A stretch of DNA of 64,000 nucleotides. Source: Balanoglossus misakiensis. Its lineage: Eukaryota > Animalia > Hemichordata. Positions 38,760 to 53,000 of this stretch are shown piece by piece. Below the pieces are notes generated by a model. It made no database searches, was not told the DNA's origin, and saw only the letters and a list, made by a program, of their open reading frames with translations. How positions within the stretch are numbered: the first letter of the stretch is position 1; each line of letters starts with the position of its first letter. A program made the position numbers and the translations under genes. Location: NCBI GenBank assembly GCA_040954595.2, contig CM082583.2:2242925-2306924 (forward strand), given 5' to 3'.

Positions 38760-40411
38760 TTAATGTAAATGATTCATGAGTTGCTGTCTTCTGGCAATAC
38801 CCCCAGGTGCATTCACATGAACATTTGGATATTGGTTTGGATCATCAATATGCTGTGGATCTAAATCAATATAGTTTTCCACATCATCATGATGGATAAT
38901 ACATAGATTGTGAAGAATACAGCCAGAAATTATAGTCTCACACATCTTCAGGACTATGCATAGGCAATTCTCTGAGCCTCCTAACACGACCCTTTAAATG
39001 CCCAATTGATCGTTCAACATTTTGACGGCAGGATGAAAAGACGCGATTGAACCTGCGCTGCTGAATGGTTAAAAATCCATTGTCTCTGAAGGGAGTAATA
39101 AGCCATTCTCTCAAAGGGTATGCAGAATCACCAATGATGTATCTCCCAGGACCCATAGTTACTTCATTAGTCTCCAGTCTTGTGTACAGGGAAGAATTTC
39201 GAAGGACACGGGCATCGTGTGTACAACCAGGCCATCCAGTGTATGCATTGGTGATTAATAGATTATCATCAACAATGACCTGAAAAAAAGGACACTTTTT
39301 GTCAAGAATCTCCTACATTTATGTAACTTGATAAAATTCTCAATGGCAGAGACTAACCAACATTTCAACAGGTTTTATTTTTAAATTCAAGAATGACACA
39401 TGTCATGATGGAAGATATAAATTTTTCTCTATAAAATTAAAAAATGAATTTTCTTACCTGAAGTTGCATGAATGGATAACCTTTCCTATTTATATAGTCT
39501 TGAGCTCCACCAATACAACCAGCCAGTCTAATGTGAGTGCCATCAATAATGCCCACTATACCTGGTAAACCACAATCAAGCTGAAAACTCTGTGAAATCT
39601 CCCTCTGTCGCTCTTGTGTTGGCCACCTGATAACCTACAAATATTGATAAGTCATTTTTCAACATTAATTTTTACACATACCTGCAATTATGACAAACAT
39701 AATATTGGACATTTCAGCTTGCTATACAGAGTGCAGTAGAAAAAAAAATGTTGACACAGAGAACCATAATACTAAAAGAAAATGCTAAAGGATAATTTTT
39801 AACTGTCCCCTTTAATATGTTCTTTGATAGCAATAATTAAACAGAGCTTGAAATTATGCATTACCAACTGTATATTATTGAAATGTTAAAATACATTTGT
39901 ATTCAAAAATAATCCATGAAGATAATCTAGAAAATGTACTTTACAATGTACTTACATCTTTCATCACAGCAATGATAGCTTTTGTGACACGCTTTACTGT
40001 TGAATGGACTGTGGATTTGGAGAGATTGAAAATGTGACCAACTTCTCTGATGGATTCCTGGTTTACCATGTACCAAATCCATACCAATAATTGTTTTTCT
40101 GGAGGCACTTGAGGGCGGCCACCGCATTGTTCTATTGCCAGTTTGTGGGCGATGCGACCCAGAACAAACGTGAAGATATCTTTGCAAATACGGAAATGGA
40201 TGCAAAAATCCTGCAAAGAATACTGAGGTACGATATCTTCGGCAAAATTTTGTATCTTCGGGATGTATTTTCGGCGCAAAAATAAACAGCTCAGAGAGGC
40301 AATGATGGCAGTATTTATTCGGAGTTGCCAAACTGCCGCAGAATCTAAAGATTCATCAAAATCCTCAAAAAAAGTACGCAAAAACAAGAAATCTTCGAAC
40401 TCAGTCGCCAT
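38760..40411 (-). pseudogene. PIF/Harbinger DDE transposase, mirror copy (exons 40411-39956, 39634-39458, 39279-38760)
   Basis: Identical translation and identical frameshift to 28914-30565. Confidence 0.92.
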
Positions 40412-41047
40412 ATTTGTTTACATGGGTTGCTACGCTAGTATCGTTCGTTTGAAATCTCCCGGGTTACGCTTATGCGCATGCGAACTAGAATGGGATGACG
40501 TCAGCGGCAGCTACTCGGGTCGCTACTCGGGTCACAATCGAACTTGGTGATGGGTGATAGGCCTTCTTCGCCTCTCATCACCTCCTCCCAACATCACCTC
40601 CACTGCCTCCTCTGCCTCCTCCCAACATCACCTCCACTTCCTCCTCTTCCTCCTCAGCTCCTCCTCCTCCTCCTCCTCCTCCCAACATCATGCTTTGCAG
40701 AAAGTCCACCAATCAAAGCACGTTCCATATATACTTAACCATATCTCAATTTTCCACCAACTTAGGGGACCATGTCTGCCTCCTCCTCCTCCTCCTCCTC
40801 AGCTCCTCCTCCTCCTCAGCTCCTCCTCCTCAGCTCCTCCTCCTCAGCTCCTCCTCCTCAGCTCCTCCTCCTCAGCTCCTCCTCTTCAGCTCCTCCTCAG
40901 CTCCTCCGCCTCCTCCTCAGCTCCTCCTCCTCAGCTCCTCCGCCTCCTCCTCAGCTCCTCCTCCTCAGCTCCTCCTCAGCTCCTCCTCAGCTCCTCCTCA
41001 GCTCCTCCTCCCCAAATGAGAGTGCTACGGCTCCAACCTATACTACT

Positions 41048-44000
41048 ACTGTCTCGTTATTTGCATATTACGTTGTGATGCGAGAACACACTTGCCTGGG
41101 CGAATAAGAAAGTTTTCCGGTAGACTCTGTAGATCGACTGTTTGTTCTCAAATATCCATGGATGCTTCCAAACACTGTCTCGTTATTTGCATATTACGTT
41201 GTGATGCGTAGAACACACAGGCCTGAGCGAATAAGAAAGTTTTCCGGTAGACTCTGTAGATCGACGGTTTGTTCTCAAATATCCATGGATGCTTCCAAAC
41301 ACTGTCTCGTTATTTGCATATTACGTTGTGATGCGTAGAACACACAGGCCTGAGCGAATAAGAAAGTTTTCCAGTAGACTCTGTAGATCGACTGTTTGTT
41401 CTCAAATATCCATGGATGCTTCCAAACACTGTCTCGTTATATGCATATTACGTTGTGATGCGAGAACACACTTGCCTGGGCGAATAAGAAAGTTTTCCGG
41501 TAGACTCTGTAGATCGACTGTTTGTTCTCAAATATCCATGGATGCTTCCAAACACTGTCTCGTTATTTGCATATTACGTTGTGATGCGAGAACACACAGG
41601 CCTGAGCGAATAAGAAAGTTTTCCGGTAGACTCTGTAGATCGACTGTTTGTTCTCAAATATCCATGGATGCTTCCAAACACTGTCTCGTTATTTGCATAT
41701 TCCGTTGTGATGCGAGAACACACAGGCCTGAGCGAATAAGAAAGTTTTCCAGTAGACTCTGTAGATCGACTGTTAGTTCTCAAATATCCATGGATGCTTC
41801 CAAACACTGTCTCGTTATTTGCATATTACGTTGTGATGCGAGAACACACTTGCCTGGGCGAATAAGAAAGTTTTCCGGTAGACTCTGTAGATCGACTGTT
41901 TGTTCTCAAATATCCATGGATGCTTCCAAACACTGTCTCGTTATTTGCATATTACGTTGTGATGCGTAGAACACACAGGCCTGAGCGAATAAGAAAGTTT
42001 TCCAGTAGACTCTGTAGATCGACTGTTTGTTCTCAAATATCCATGGATGCTTCCAAACACTGTCTCGTTATTTGCATATTACGTTGTGATGCGAGAACAC
42101 ACTTGCCTGGGCGAATAAGAAAGTTTTCCGGTAGACTCTGTAGATCGACTGTTTGTTCTCAAATATCCATGGATGCTTCCAAACACTGTCTCGTTATTTG
42201 CATATTCCGTTGTGATGCGTAGAACACACTTGCCTGGGCGAATAAGAAAGTTTTCCGGTAGACTCTGTAGATCGACGGTTTGTTCTCAAATATCCATGGA
42301 TGCTTCCAAACGCCGTCTCGTTATTTGCATATTACGTTGTGATGCGTAGAACACACAGGCCTGAGCGAATAAGAAAGTTTTCCGGTAGACTCTGTAGATC
42401 GACGGTTTGTTCTCAAATATCCATGGATGCTTCCAAACACCGTCTCGTTATTTGCATATTCCGTTGTGATGCGAGAACACACAGGCCTGAGCGAATAAGA
42501 AAGTTTTCCGGTAGACTCTGTAGATCGACTGTTTGTTCTCAAATATCCATGGATGCTTCCAAACACCGTCTCGTTATTTGCATTTTCCGTTGTGATGCGT
42601 AGAACACACAGGCCTGAGCGAATAAGAAAGTTTTCCGGTAGACTCTGTAGATCGACTGTTTGTTCTAAAATATCCATGGATGCTTCCAAACACCGTCTCG
42701 TTATTTGCATTTTCCGTTGTGATGCGTAGAACACACAGGCCTGAGCGAATAAGAAAGTTTTCCGGTAGACTCTGTAGATCGACTGTTTGTTCTAAAATAT
42801 CCATGGATGCTTCCAAACGCCGTCTCGTTATTTGCATTTTCCGTTGTGATGCGAGAACACACAGGCCTGGGCGAATAAGAAAGTTTTCCGGTAGACTCTG
42901 TAGATCGACGGTTTGTTCTCAAATATCCATGGATGCTTCCAAACGCCGTCTCGTTATTTGCATATTACGTTGTGATGCGTAGAACACACAGGCCTGAGCG
43001 AATAAGAAAGTTTTCCGGTAGACTCTGTAGATCGACTGTTTGTTCTCAAATATCCATGGATGCTTCCAAACACTGTCTCGTTATTTGCATATTCCGTTGT
43101 GATGCGTAGAACACACAGGCCTGAGCGAATAAGAAAGTTTTCCGGTAGACTCTGTAGATCGACTGTTTGTTCTAAAATATCCATGGATGCTTCCAAACAC
43201 CGTCTCGTTATTTGCATTTTCCGTTGTGATGCGTAGAACACACAGGCCTGAGCGAATAAGAAAGTTTTCCGGTAGACTCTGTAGATCGACTGTTTGTTCT
43301 AAAATATCCATGGATGCTTCCAAACGCCGTCTCGTTATTTGCATTTTCCGTTGTGATGCGAGAACACACAGGCCTGGGCGAATAAGAAAGTTTTCCGGTA
43401 GACTCTGTAGATCGACGGTTTGTTCTCAAATATCCATGGATGCTTCCAAACGCCGTCTCGTTATTTGCATATTACGTTGTGATGCGTAGAACACACAGGC
43501 CTGAGCGAATAAGAAAGTTTTCCGGTAGACTCTGTAGATCGACTGTTTGTTCTAAAATATCCATGGATGCTTCCAAACGCCGTCTCGTTATTTGCATATT
43601 ACGTTGTGATGCGTAGAACACACTTGCCTGGGCGAATAAGAAAGTTTTCCGGTAGACTCTGTAGATCGACTGTTTGTTCTAAAATATCCATGGATGCTTC
43701 CAAACACTGTCTCGTTATTTGCATATTCCGTTGTGATGCGAGAACACACAGGCCTGAGCGAATAAGAAAGTTTTCCGGTAGACTCTGTAGATCGACTGTT
43801 TGTTCTCAAATATCCATGGATGCTTCCAAACACTGTCTCGTTATTTGCATATTCCGTTGTGATGCGAGAACACACAGGCCTGAGCGAATAAGAAAGTTTT
43901 CCGGTAGACTCTGTAGATCGACTGTTTGTTCTCAAATATCCATGGATGCTTCCAAACACCGTCTCGTTATTTGCATATTACGTTGTGATGCGTAGAACAC

Positions 44001-47000
44001 ACAGGCCTGAGCGAATAAGAAAGTTTTCCGGTAGACTCTGTAGATCGACTGTTTGTTCTCAAATATCCATGGATGCTTCCAAACACTGTCTCGTTATTTG
44101 CATATTCCGTTGTGATGCGAGAACACACAGGCCTGAGCGAATAAGAAAGTTTTCCGGTAGACTCTGTAGATCGACTGTTTGTTCTCAAATATCTATGGAT
44201 GCTTCCAAACACCGTCTCGTTATTTGCATATTCCGTTGTGATGCGAGAACACACAGGCCTGAGCGAATAAGAAAGTTTTCCGGTAGACTCTGTAGATCGA
44301 CTGTTTGTTCTCAAATATCCATGGATGCTTCCAAACACTGTCTCGTTATTTGCATATTCCGTTGTGATGCGAGAACACACAGGCCTGAGCGAATAAGAAA
44401 GTTTTCCGGTAGACTCTGTAGATCGACGGTTTGTTCTCAAATATCCATGGATGCTTCCAAACGCCGTCTCGTTATTTGCATATTACGTTGTGATGCGTAG
44501 AACACACAGGCCTGAGCGAATAAGAAAGTTTTCCGGTAGACTCTGTAGATCGACTGTTTGTTCTCAAATATCCATGGATGCTTCCAAACACCGTCTCGTT
44601 ATTTGCATATTCCGTTGTGATGCGAGAACACACTTGCCTGGGCGAATAAGAAAGTTTTCCGGTAGACTCTGTAGATCGACTGTTTGTTCTCAAATATCCA
44701 TGGATGCTTCCAAACACCGTCTCGTTATTTGCATATTCCGTTGTGATGCGTAGAACACACAGGCCTGAGCGAATAAGAAAGTTTTCCGGTAGACTCTGTA
44801 GATCGACTGTTTGTTCTAAAATATCCATGGATGCTTCCAAACACTGTCTCGTTATTTGCATATTCCGTTGTGATGCGTAGAACACACAGGCCTGAGCGAA
44901 TAAGAAAGTTTTCCGGTAGACTCTGTAGATCGACTGTTTGTTCTAAAATATCCATGGATGCTTCCAAACACCGTCTCGTTATTTGCATTTTCCGTTGTGA
45001 TGCGTAGAACACACAGGCCTGAGCGAATAAGAAAGTTTTCCGGTAGACTCTGTAGATCGACTGTTTGTTCTAAAATATCCATGGATGCTTCCAAACGCCG
45101 TCTCGTTATTTGCATTTTCCGTTGTGATGCGAGAACACACAGGCCTGGGCGAATAAGAAAGTTTTCCGGTAGACTCTGTAGATCGACGGTTTGTTCTCAA
45201 ATATCCATGGATGCTTCCAAACGCCGTCTCGTTATTTGCATATTACGTTGTGATGCGTAGAACACACAGGCCTGAGCGAATAAGAAAGTTTTCCGGTAGA
45301 CTCTGTAGATCGACTGTTTGTTCTAAAATATCCATGGATGCTTCCAAACGCCGTCTCGTTATTTGCATATTACGTTGTGATGCGTAGAACACACTTGCCT
45401 GGGCGAATAAGAAAGTTTTCCGGTAGACTCTGTAGATCGACTGTTTGTTCTAAAATATCCATGGATGCTTCCAAACACTGTCTCGTTATTTGCATATTCC
45501 GTTGTGATGCGAGAACACACAGGCCTGAGCGAATAAGAAAGTTTTCCGGTAGACTCTGTAGATCGACTGTTTGTTCTCAAATATCCATGGATGCTTCCAA
45601 ACACTGTCTCGTTATTTGCATATTCCGTTGTGATGCGAGAACACACAGGCCTGAGCGAATAAGAAAGTTTTCCGGTAGACTCTGTAGATCGACTGTTTGT
45701 TCTCAAATATCCATGGATGCTTCCAAACACCGTCTCGTTATTTGCATATTACGTTGTGATGCGTAGAACACACAGGCCTGAGCGAATAAGAAAGTTTTCC
45801 GGTAGACTCTGTAGATCGACTGTTTGTTCTCAAATATCCATGGATGCTTCCAAACACCGTCTCGTTATTTGCATATTCCGTTGTGATGCGAGAACACACA
45901 GGCCTGAGCGAATAAGAAAGTTTTCCGGTAGACTCTGTAGATCGACTGTTTGTTCTAAAATATCCATGGATGCTTCCAAACACTGTCTCGTTATTTGCAT
46001 ATTCCGTTGTGATGCGAGAACACACAGGCCTGAGCGAATAAGAAAGTTTTCCGGTAGACTCTGTAGATCGACTGTTTGTTCTCAAATATCCATGGATGCT
46101 TCCAAACACTGTCTCGTTATTTGCATATTCCGTTGTGATGCGAGAACACACAGGCCTGAGCGAATAAGAAAGTTTTCCGGTAGACTCTGTAGATCGACTG
46201 TTTGTTCTCAAATATCCATGGATGCTTCCAAACACCGTCTCGTTATTTGCATATTACGTTGTGATGCGTAGAACACACAGGCCTGAGCGAATAAGAAAGT
46301 TTTCCGGTAGACTCTGTAGATCGACTGTTTGTTCTCAAATATCCATGGATGCTTCCAAACACTGTCTCGTTATTTGCATATTCCGTTGTGATGCGAGAAC
46401 ACACAGGCCTGAGCGAATAAGAAAGTTTTCCGGTAGACTCTGTAGATCGACTGTTTGTTCTCAAATATCCATGGATGCTTCCAAACACCGTCTCGTTATT
46501 TGCATATTCCGTTGTGATGCGAGAACACACAGGCCTGAGCGAATAAGAAAGTTTTCCGGTAGACTCTGTAGATCGACTGTTTGTTCTCAAATATCCATGG
46601 ATGCTTCCAAACACTGTCTCGTTATTTGCATATTCCGTTGTGATGCGAGAACACACAGGCCTGAGCGAATAAGAAAGTTTTCCGGTAGACTCTGTAGATC
46701 GACTGTTTGTTCTAAAATATCCATGGATGCTTCCAAACACCGTCTCGTTATTTGCATATTCCGTTGTGATGCGAGAACACACAGGCCTGAGCGAATAAGA
46801 AAGTTTTCCGGTAGACTCTGTAGATCGACGGTTTGTTCTCAAATATCCATGGATGCTTCCAAACACTGTCTCGTTATTTGCATATTCCGTTGTGATGCGA
46901 GAACACACAGGCCTGAGCGAATAAGAAAGTTTTCCGGTAGACTCTGTAGATCGACGGTTTGTTCTCAAATATCCATGGATGCTTCCAAACACTGTCTCGT

Positions 47001-50000
47001 TATTTGCATATTCCGTTGTGATGCGAGAACACACAGGCCTGAGCGAATAAGAAAGTTTTCCGGTAGACTCTGTAGATCGACTGTTTGTTCTCAAATATCC
47101 ATGGATGCTTCCAAACACTGTCTCGTTATTTGCATATTCCGTTGTGATGCGAGAACACACAGGCCTGAGCGAATAAGAAAGTTTTCCGGTAGACTCTGTA
47201 GATCGACTGTTTGTTCTCAAATATCCATGGATGCTTCCAAACACTGTCTCGTTATTTGCATATTCCGTTGTGATGCGAGAACACACAGGCCTGAGCGAAT
47301 AAGAAAGTTTTCCGGTAGACTCTGTAGATCGACTGTTTGTTCTCAAATATCCATGGATGCTTCCAAACACTGTCTCGTTATTTGCATATTCCGTTGTGAT
47401 GCGAGAACACACAGGCCTGAGCGAATAAGAAAGTTTTCCGGTAGACTCTGTAGATCGACTGTTTGTTCTCAAATATCCATGGATGCTTCCAAACACTGTC
47501 TCGTTATTTGCATATTCCGTTGTGATGCGAGAACACACAGGCCTGAGCGAATAAGAAAGTTTTCCGGTAGACTCTGTAGATCGACTGTTTGTTCTCAAAT
47601 ATCCATGGATGCTTCCAAACACTGTCTCGTTATTTGCATATTCCGTTGTGATGCGAGAACACACAGGCCTGAGCGAATAAGAAAGTTTTCCGGTAGACTC
47701 TGTAGATCGACTGTTTGTTCTCAAATATCCATGGATGCTTCCAAACACCGTCTCGTTATTTGCATATTCCGTTGTGATGCGAGAACACACAGGCCTGAGC
47801 GAATAAGAAAGTTTTCCGGTAGACTCTGTAGATCGACTGTTTGTTCTCAAATATCCATGGATGCTTCCAAACACCGTCTCGTTATTTGCATATTCCGTTG
47901 TGATGCGAGAACACACAGGCCTGAGCGAATAAGAAAGTTTTCCGGTAGACTCTGTAGATCGACTGTTTGTTCTCAAATATCCATGGATGCTTCCAAACAC
48001 TGTCTCGTTATTTGCATATTCCGTTGTGATGCGAGAACACACAGGCCTGAGCGAATAAGAAAGTTTTCTGGTAGACTCTGTAGATCGACTGTTTGTTCTC
48101 AAATATCCATGGATGCTTCCAAACACTGTCTCGTTATTTACATATTCCGTTGTGATGCGAGAACACACAGGCCTGAGCGAATAAGAAAGTTTTCCGGTAG
48201 ACTCTGTAGATCGACTGTTTGTTCTCAAATATCCATGGATGCTTCCAAACACCGTCTCGTTATTTGCATATTCCGTTGTGATGCGAGAACACACAGGCCT
48301 GAGCGAATAAGAAAGTTTTCCGGTAGACTCTGTAGATCGACTGTTTGTTCTCAAATATCCATGGATGCTTCCAAACACCGTCTCGTTATTTACATATTCC
48401 GTTGTGATGCGAGAACACACAGGCCTGAGCGAATAAGAAAGTTTTCCGGTAGACTCTGTAGATCGACTGTTTGTTCTCAAATATCCATGGATGCTTCCAA
48501 ACACCGTCTCGTTATTTGCATATTCCGTTGTGATGCGAGAACACACAGGCCTGAGCGAATAAGAAAGTTTTCCGGTAGACTCTGTAGATCGACTGTTTGT
48601 TCTCAAATATCCATGGATGCTTCCAAACACCGTCTCGTTATTTGCATATTCCGTTGTGATGCGAGAACACACAGGCCTGAGCGAATAAGAAAGTTTTCCG
48701 GTAGACTCTGTAGATCGACTGTTTGTTCTCAAATATCCATGGATGCTTCCAAACACTGTCTCGTTATTTGCATATTCCGTTGTGATGCGAGAACACACAG
48801 GCCTGAGCGAATAAGAAAGTTTTCCGGTAGACTCTGTAGATCGACTGTTTGTTCTCAAATATCCATGGATGCTTCCAAACACTGTCTCGTTATTTACATA
48901 TTCCGTTGTGATGCGAGAACACACAGGCCTGAGCGAATAAGAAAGTTTTCCGGTAGACTCTGTAGATCGACTGTTTGTTCTCAAATATCCATGGATGCTT
49001 CCAAACACTGTCTCGTTATTTGCATATTCCGTTGTGATGCGAGAACACACAGGCCTGAGCGAATAAGAAAGTTTTCCGGTAGACTCTGTAGATCGACTGT
49101 TTGTTCTCAAATATCCATGGATGCTTCCAAACACCGTCTCGTTATTTGCATATTCCGTTGTGATGCGAGAACACACAGGCCTGAGCGAATAAGAAAGTTT
49201 TCCGGTAGACTCTGTAGATCGACTGTTTGTTCTAAAATATCCATGGATGCTTCCAAACACCGTCTCGTTATTTGCATATTCCGTTGTGATGCGAGAACAC
49301 ACAGGCCTGAGCGAATAAGAAAGTTTTCCGGTAGACTCTGTAGATCGACTGTTTGTTCTAAAATATCCATGGATGCTTCCAAACACCGTCTCGTTATTTG
49401 CATATTCCGTTGTGATGCGAGAACACACAGGCCGGAGCGAATAAGAAAGTTTTCCGGTAGACTCTGTAGATCGACTGTTTGTTCTCAAATATCCATGGAT
49501 GCTTCCAAACACCGTCTCGTTATTTGCATATTCCGTTGTGATGCGAGAACACACAGGCCTGAGCGAATAAGAAAGTTTTCCGGTAGACTCTGTAGATCGA
49601 CTGTTTGTTCTAAAATATCCATGGATGCTTCCAAACACCGTCTCGTTATTTGCATATTCCGTTGTGATGCGAGAACACACAGGCCTGAGCGAATAAGAAA
49701 GTTTTCCGGTAGACTCTGTAGATCGACTGTTTGTTCTCAAATATCCATGGATGCTTCCAAACACCGTCTCGTTATTTGCATATTCCGTTGTGATGCGAGA
49801 ACACACAGGCCTGAGCGAATAAGAAAGTTTTCCGGTAGACTCTGTAGATCGACTGTTTGTTCTCAAATATCCATGGATGCTTCCAAACACCGTCTCGTTA
49901 TTTGCATATTCCGTTGTGATGCGAGAACACACAGGCCTGAGCGAATAAGAAAGTTTTCCGGTAGACTCTGTAGATCGACTGTTTGTTCTCAAATATCCAT

Positions 50001-53000
50001 GGATGCTTCCAAACACTGTCTCGTTATTTGCATATTCCGTTGTGATGCGAGAACACACAGGCCTGAGCGAATAAGAAAAGTTTTCCGGTAGACTCTGTAG
50101 ATCGACTGTTTGTTCTCAAATATCCATGGATGCTTCCAAACACCGTCTCGTTATTTGCATATTCCGTTGTGATGCGAGAACACACAGGCCTGAGCGAATA
50201 AGAAAGTTTTCCGGTAGACTCTGTAGATCGACGGTTTGTTCTCAAATATCCATGGATGCTTCCAAACGCCGTCTCGTTATTTGCATATTATGTTGTGATG
50301 CGTAGAACACACAGGCCTGAGCGAATAAGAAAGTTTTCCGGTAGACTCTGTAGATCGACTGTTTGTTCTCAAATATCCATGGATGCTTCCAAACGCCGTC
50401 TCGTTATTTGCATATTACGTTGTGATGCGTAGAACACACAGGCCTGAGCGAATAAGAAAGTTTTCCGGTAGACTCTGTATATCGACTGTTTGTTCTCAAA
50501 TATCCATGGATGCTTCCAAACACCGTCTCGTTATTTGCATATTCCGTTGTGATGCGAGAACACACAGGCCTGAGCGAATAAGAAAGTTTTCCGGTAGACT
50601 CTGTAGATCGACTGTTTGTTCTAAAATATCCATGGATGCTTCCAAACACCGTCTCGTTATTTGCATTTTCCGTTGTGATGCGTAGAACACACAGGCCTGA
50701 GCGAATACGAAAGTTTTCCGGTAGACTCTGTAGATCGACTGTTTGTTCTCAAATATCCATGGATGCTTCCAAACACCGTCTCGTTATTTGCATATTCCGT
50801 TGTGATGCGAGAACACACAGGCCTGAGCGAATAAGAAAGTTTTCCGGTAGACTCTGTAGATCGACTGTTTGTTCTAAAATATCCATGGATGCTTCCAAAC
50901 ACCGTCTCGTTATTTGCATATTCCGTTGTGATGCGAGAACACACAGGCCTGAGCGAATAAGAAAGTTTTCCGGTAGACTCTGTAGATCGACTGTTTGTTC
51001 TAAAATATCCATGGATGCTTCCAAACACCGTCTCGTTATTTGCATATTCCGTTGTGATGCGAGAACACACAGGCCTGAGCGAATAAGAAAGTTTTCCGGT
51101 AGACTCTGTAGATCGACTGTTTGTTCTCAAATATCCATGGATGCTTCCAAACACCGTCTCGTTATTTGCATATTCCGTTGTGATGCGAGAACACACAGGC
51201 CTGAGCGAATAAGAAAGTTTTCCGGTAGACTCTGTAGATCGACTGTTTGTTCTAAAATATCCATGGATGCTTCCAAACACTGTCTCGTTATTTGCATATT
51301 CCGTTGTGATGCGAGAACACACTGGCCTGAGCGAATAAGAAAGTTTTCCGGTAGACTCTGTAGATCGACTGTTTGTTCTAAAATATCCATGGATGCTTCC
51401 AAACACCGTCTCGTTTATTTACGGACTTCCGTTCTGATGCGTGGAACACATAGGCTGAGCGCATAAGAAAGTTTTCTGCAAGACTCTGTAGATCGTCGGC
51501 TTGTTCTAAAATATCCATGGGTGCTTCCAAACACCGTCTCGTTATTTGCATATTCCGTTGTGATGTGTAGAACACACAGGCCTGAGCGAATAAGAAAGTT
51601 TTCCAGTAGACTCTGTAGATCGACTGTTTGTTCTCAAATATCCATGGATGCTTCCAAACACCGTCTCGTTATTTGCATTTTCCGTTGTGATGCGTAGAAC
51701 ACACAGGCCTGAGCGAATACGAAAGTTTTCCGGTAGACTCTGTAGATCGACTGTTTGTTCTCAAATATCCATGGATGCTTCCAAACACCGTCTCGTTATT
51801 TGCATATTCCGTTGTGATGCGAGAACACATAGGCCTGAGCGAATAAGAAAGTTTTCCGGTAGACTCTGTAGATCGACTGTTTGTTCTAAAATATCCATGG
51901 ATGCTTCCAAACACCGTCTCGTTATTTGCATATTCCGTTGTGATGCGAGAACACACAGGCCTGAGCGAATAAGAAAGTTTTCCGGTAGACTCTGTAGATC
52001 GACTGTTTGTTCTAAAATATCCATGGATGCTTCCAAACACCGTCTCGTTATTTGCATATTCCGTTGTGATGCGAGAACACACAGGCCTGAGCGAATAAGA
52101 AAGTTTTCCGGTAGACTCTGTAGATCGACTGTTTGTTCTCAAATATCCATGGATGCTTCCAAACACCGTCTCGTTATTTGCATATTCCGTTGTGATGCGA
52201 GAACACACAGGCCTGAGCGAATAAGAAAGTTTTCCGGTAGACTCTGTAGATCGACTGTTTGTTCTAAAATATCCATGGATGCTTCCAAACACCGTCTCGT
52301 TATTTGCATATTCCGTTGTGATGCGAGAACACACAGGCCTGAGCGAATAAGAAAGTTTTCCGGTAGACTCTGTAGATCGACTGTTTGTTCTGAAATATCC
52401 ATGGATGCTTCCAAACACCGTCTCGTTATTTGCATATTCCGTTGTGATGCGAGAACACACAGGCCTGAGCGAATAAGAAAGTTTTCCGGTAGACTCTGTA
52501 GATCGACTGTTTGTTCTAAAATATCCATGGATGCTTCCAAACACCGTCTCGTTATTTGCATATTCCGTTGTGATGCGAGAACACACAGGCCTGAGCGAAT
52601 AAGAAAGTTTTCCGGTAGACTCTGTAGATCGACTGTTTGTTCTAAAATATCCATGGATGCTTCCAAACACCGTCTCGTTATTTGCATATTCCGTTGTGAT
52701 GCGAGAACACACAGGCCTGAGCGAATAAGAAAGTTTTCCGGTAGACTCTGTAGATCGACTGTTTGTTCTCAAATATCCATGGATGCTTCCAAACACCGTC
52801 TCGTTATTTGCATATTCCGTTGTGATGCGAGAACACACAGGCCTGAGCGAATAAGAAAGTTTTCCGGTAGACTCTGTAGATCGACTGTTTGTTCTAAAAT
52901 ATCCATGGATGCTTCCAAACACCGTCTCGTTATTTGCATATTCCGTTGTGATGTGTAGAACACACAGGCCTGAGCGAATAAGAAAGTTTTCCAGTAGACT

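Larger units (their letters stand above)
27997..41047. mobile_element. 13,051-bp palindromic non-autonomous element with Polinton/Maverick-type termini, carrying two inverted Harbinger cassettes
   Basis: Ends AGTAGTATAGGTTGGAGCCGTAGC... / ...GCTACGGCTCCAACCTATACTACT. 6-bp TSD ACTGTC (27991-27996, 41048-41053) interrupts one satellite monomer. No pPolB, integrase or capsid ORFs. The insertion is certain; the Polinton assignment rests on termini and TSD length. Confidence 0.8.
35451..41047 (-). repeat. Right giant inverted-repeat arm (~5.6 kb)
   Basis: Reverse complement of 27997-33706. Confidence 0.97.

Noticed and set aside
27997-41047. Whole palindrome as a single Harbinger transposon
   Set aside because: The TSD is 6 bp, not the 3 bp typical of Harbinger. 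The termini are AGTAGT, and the genes lie within the repeats rather than between them.
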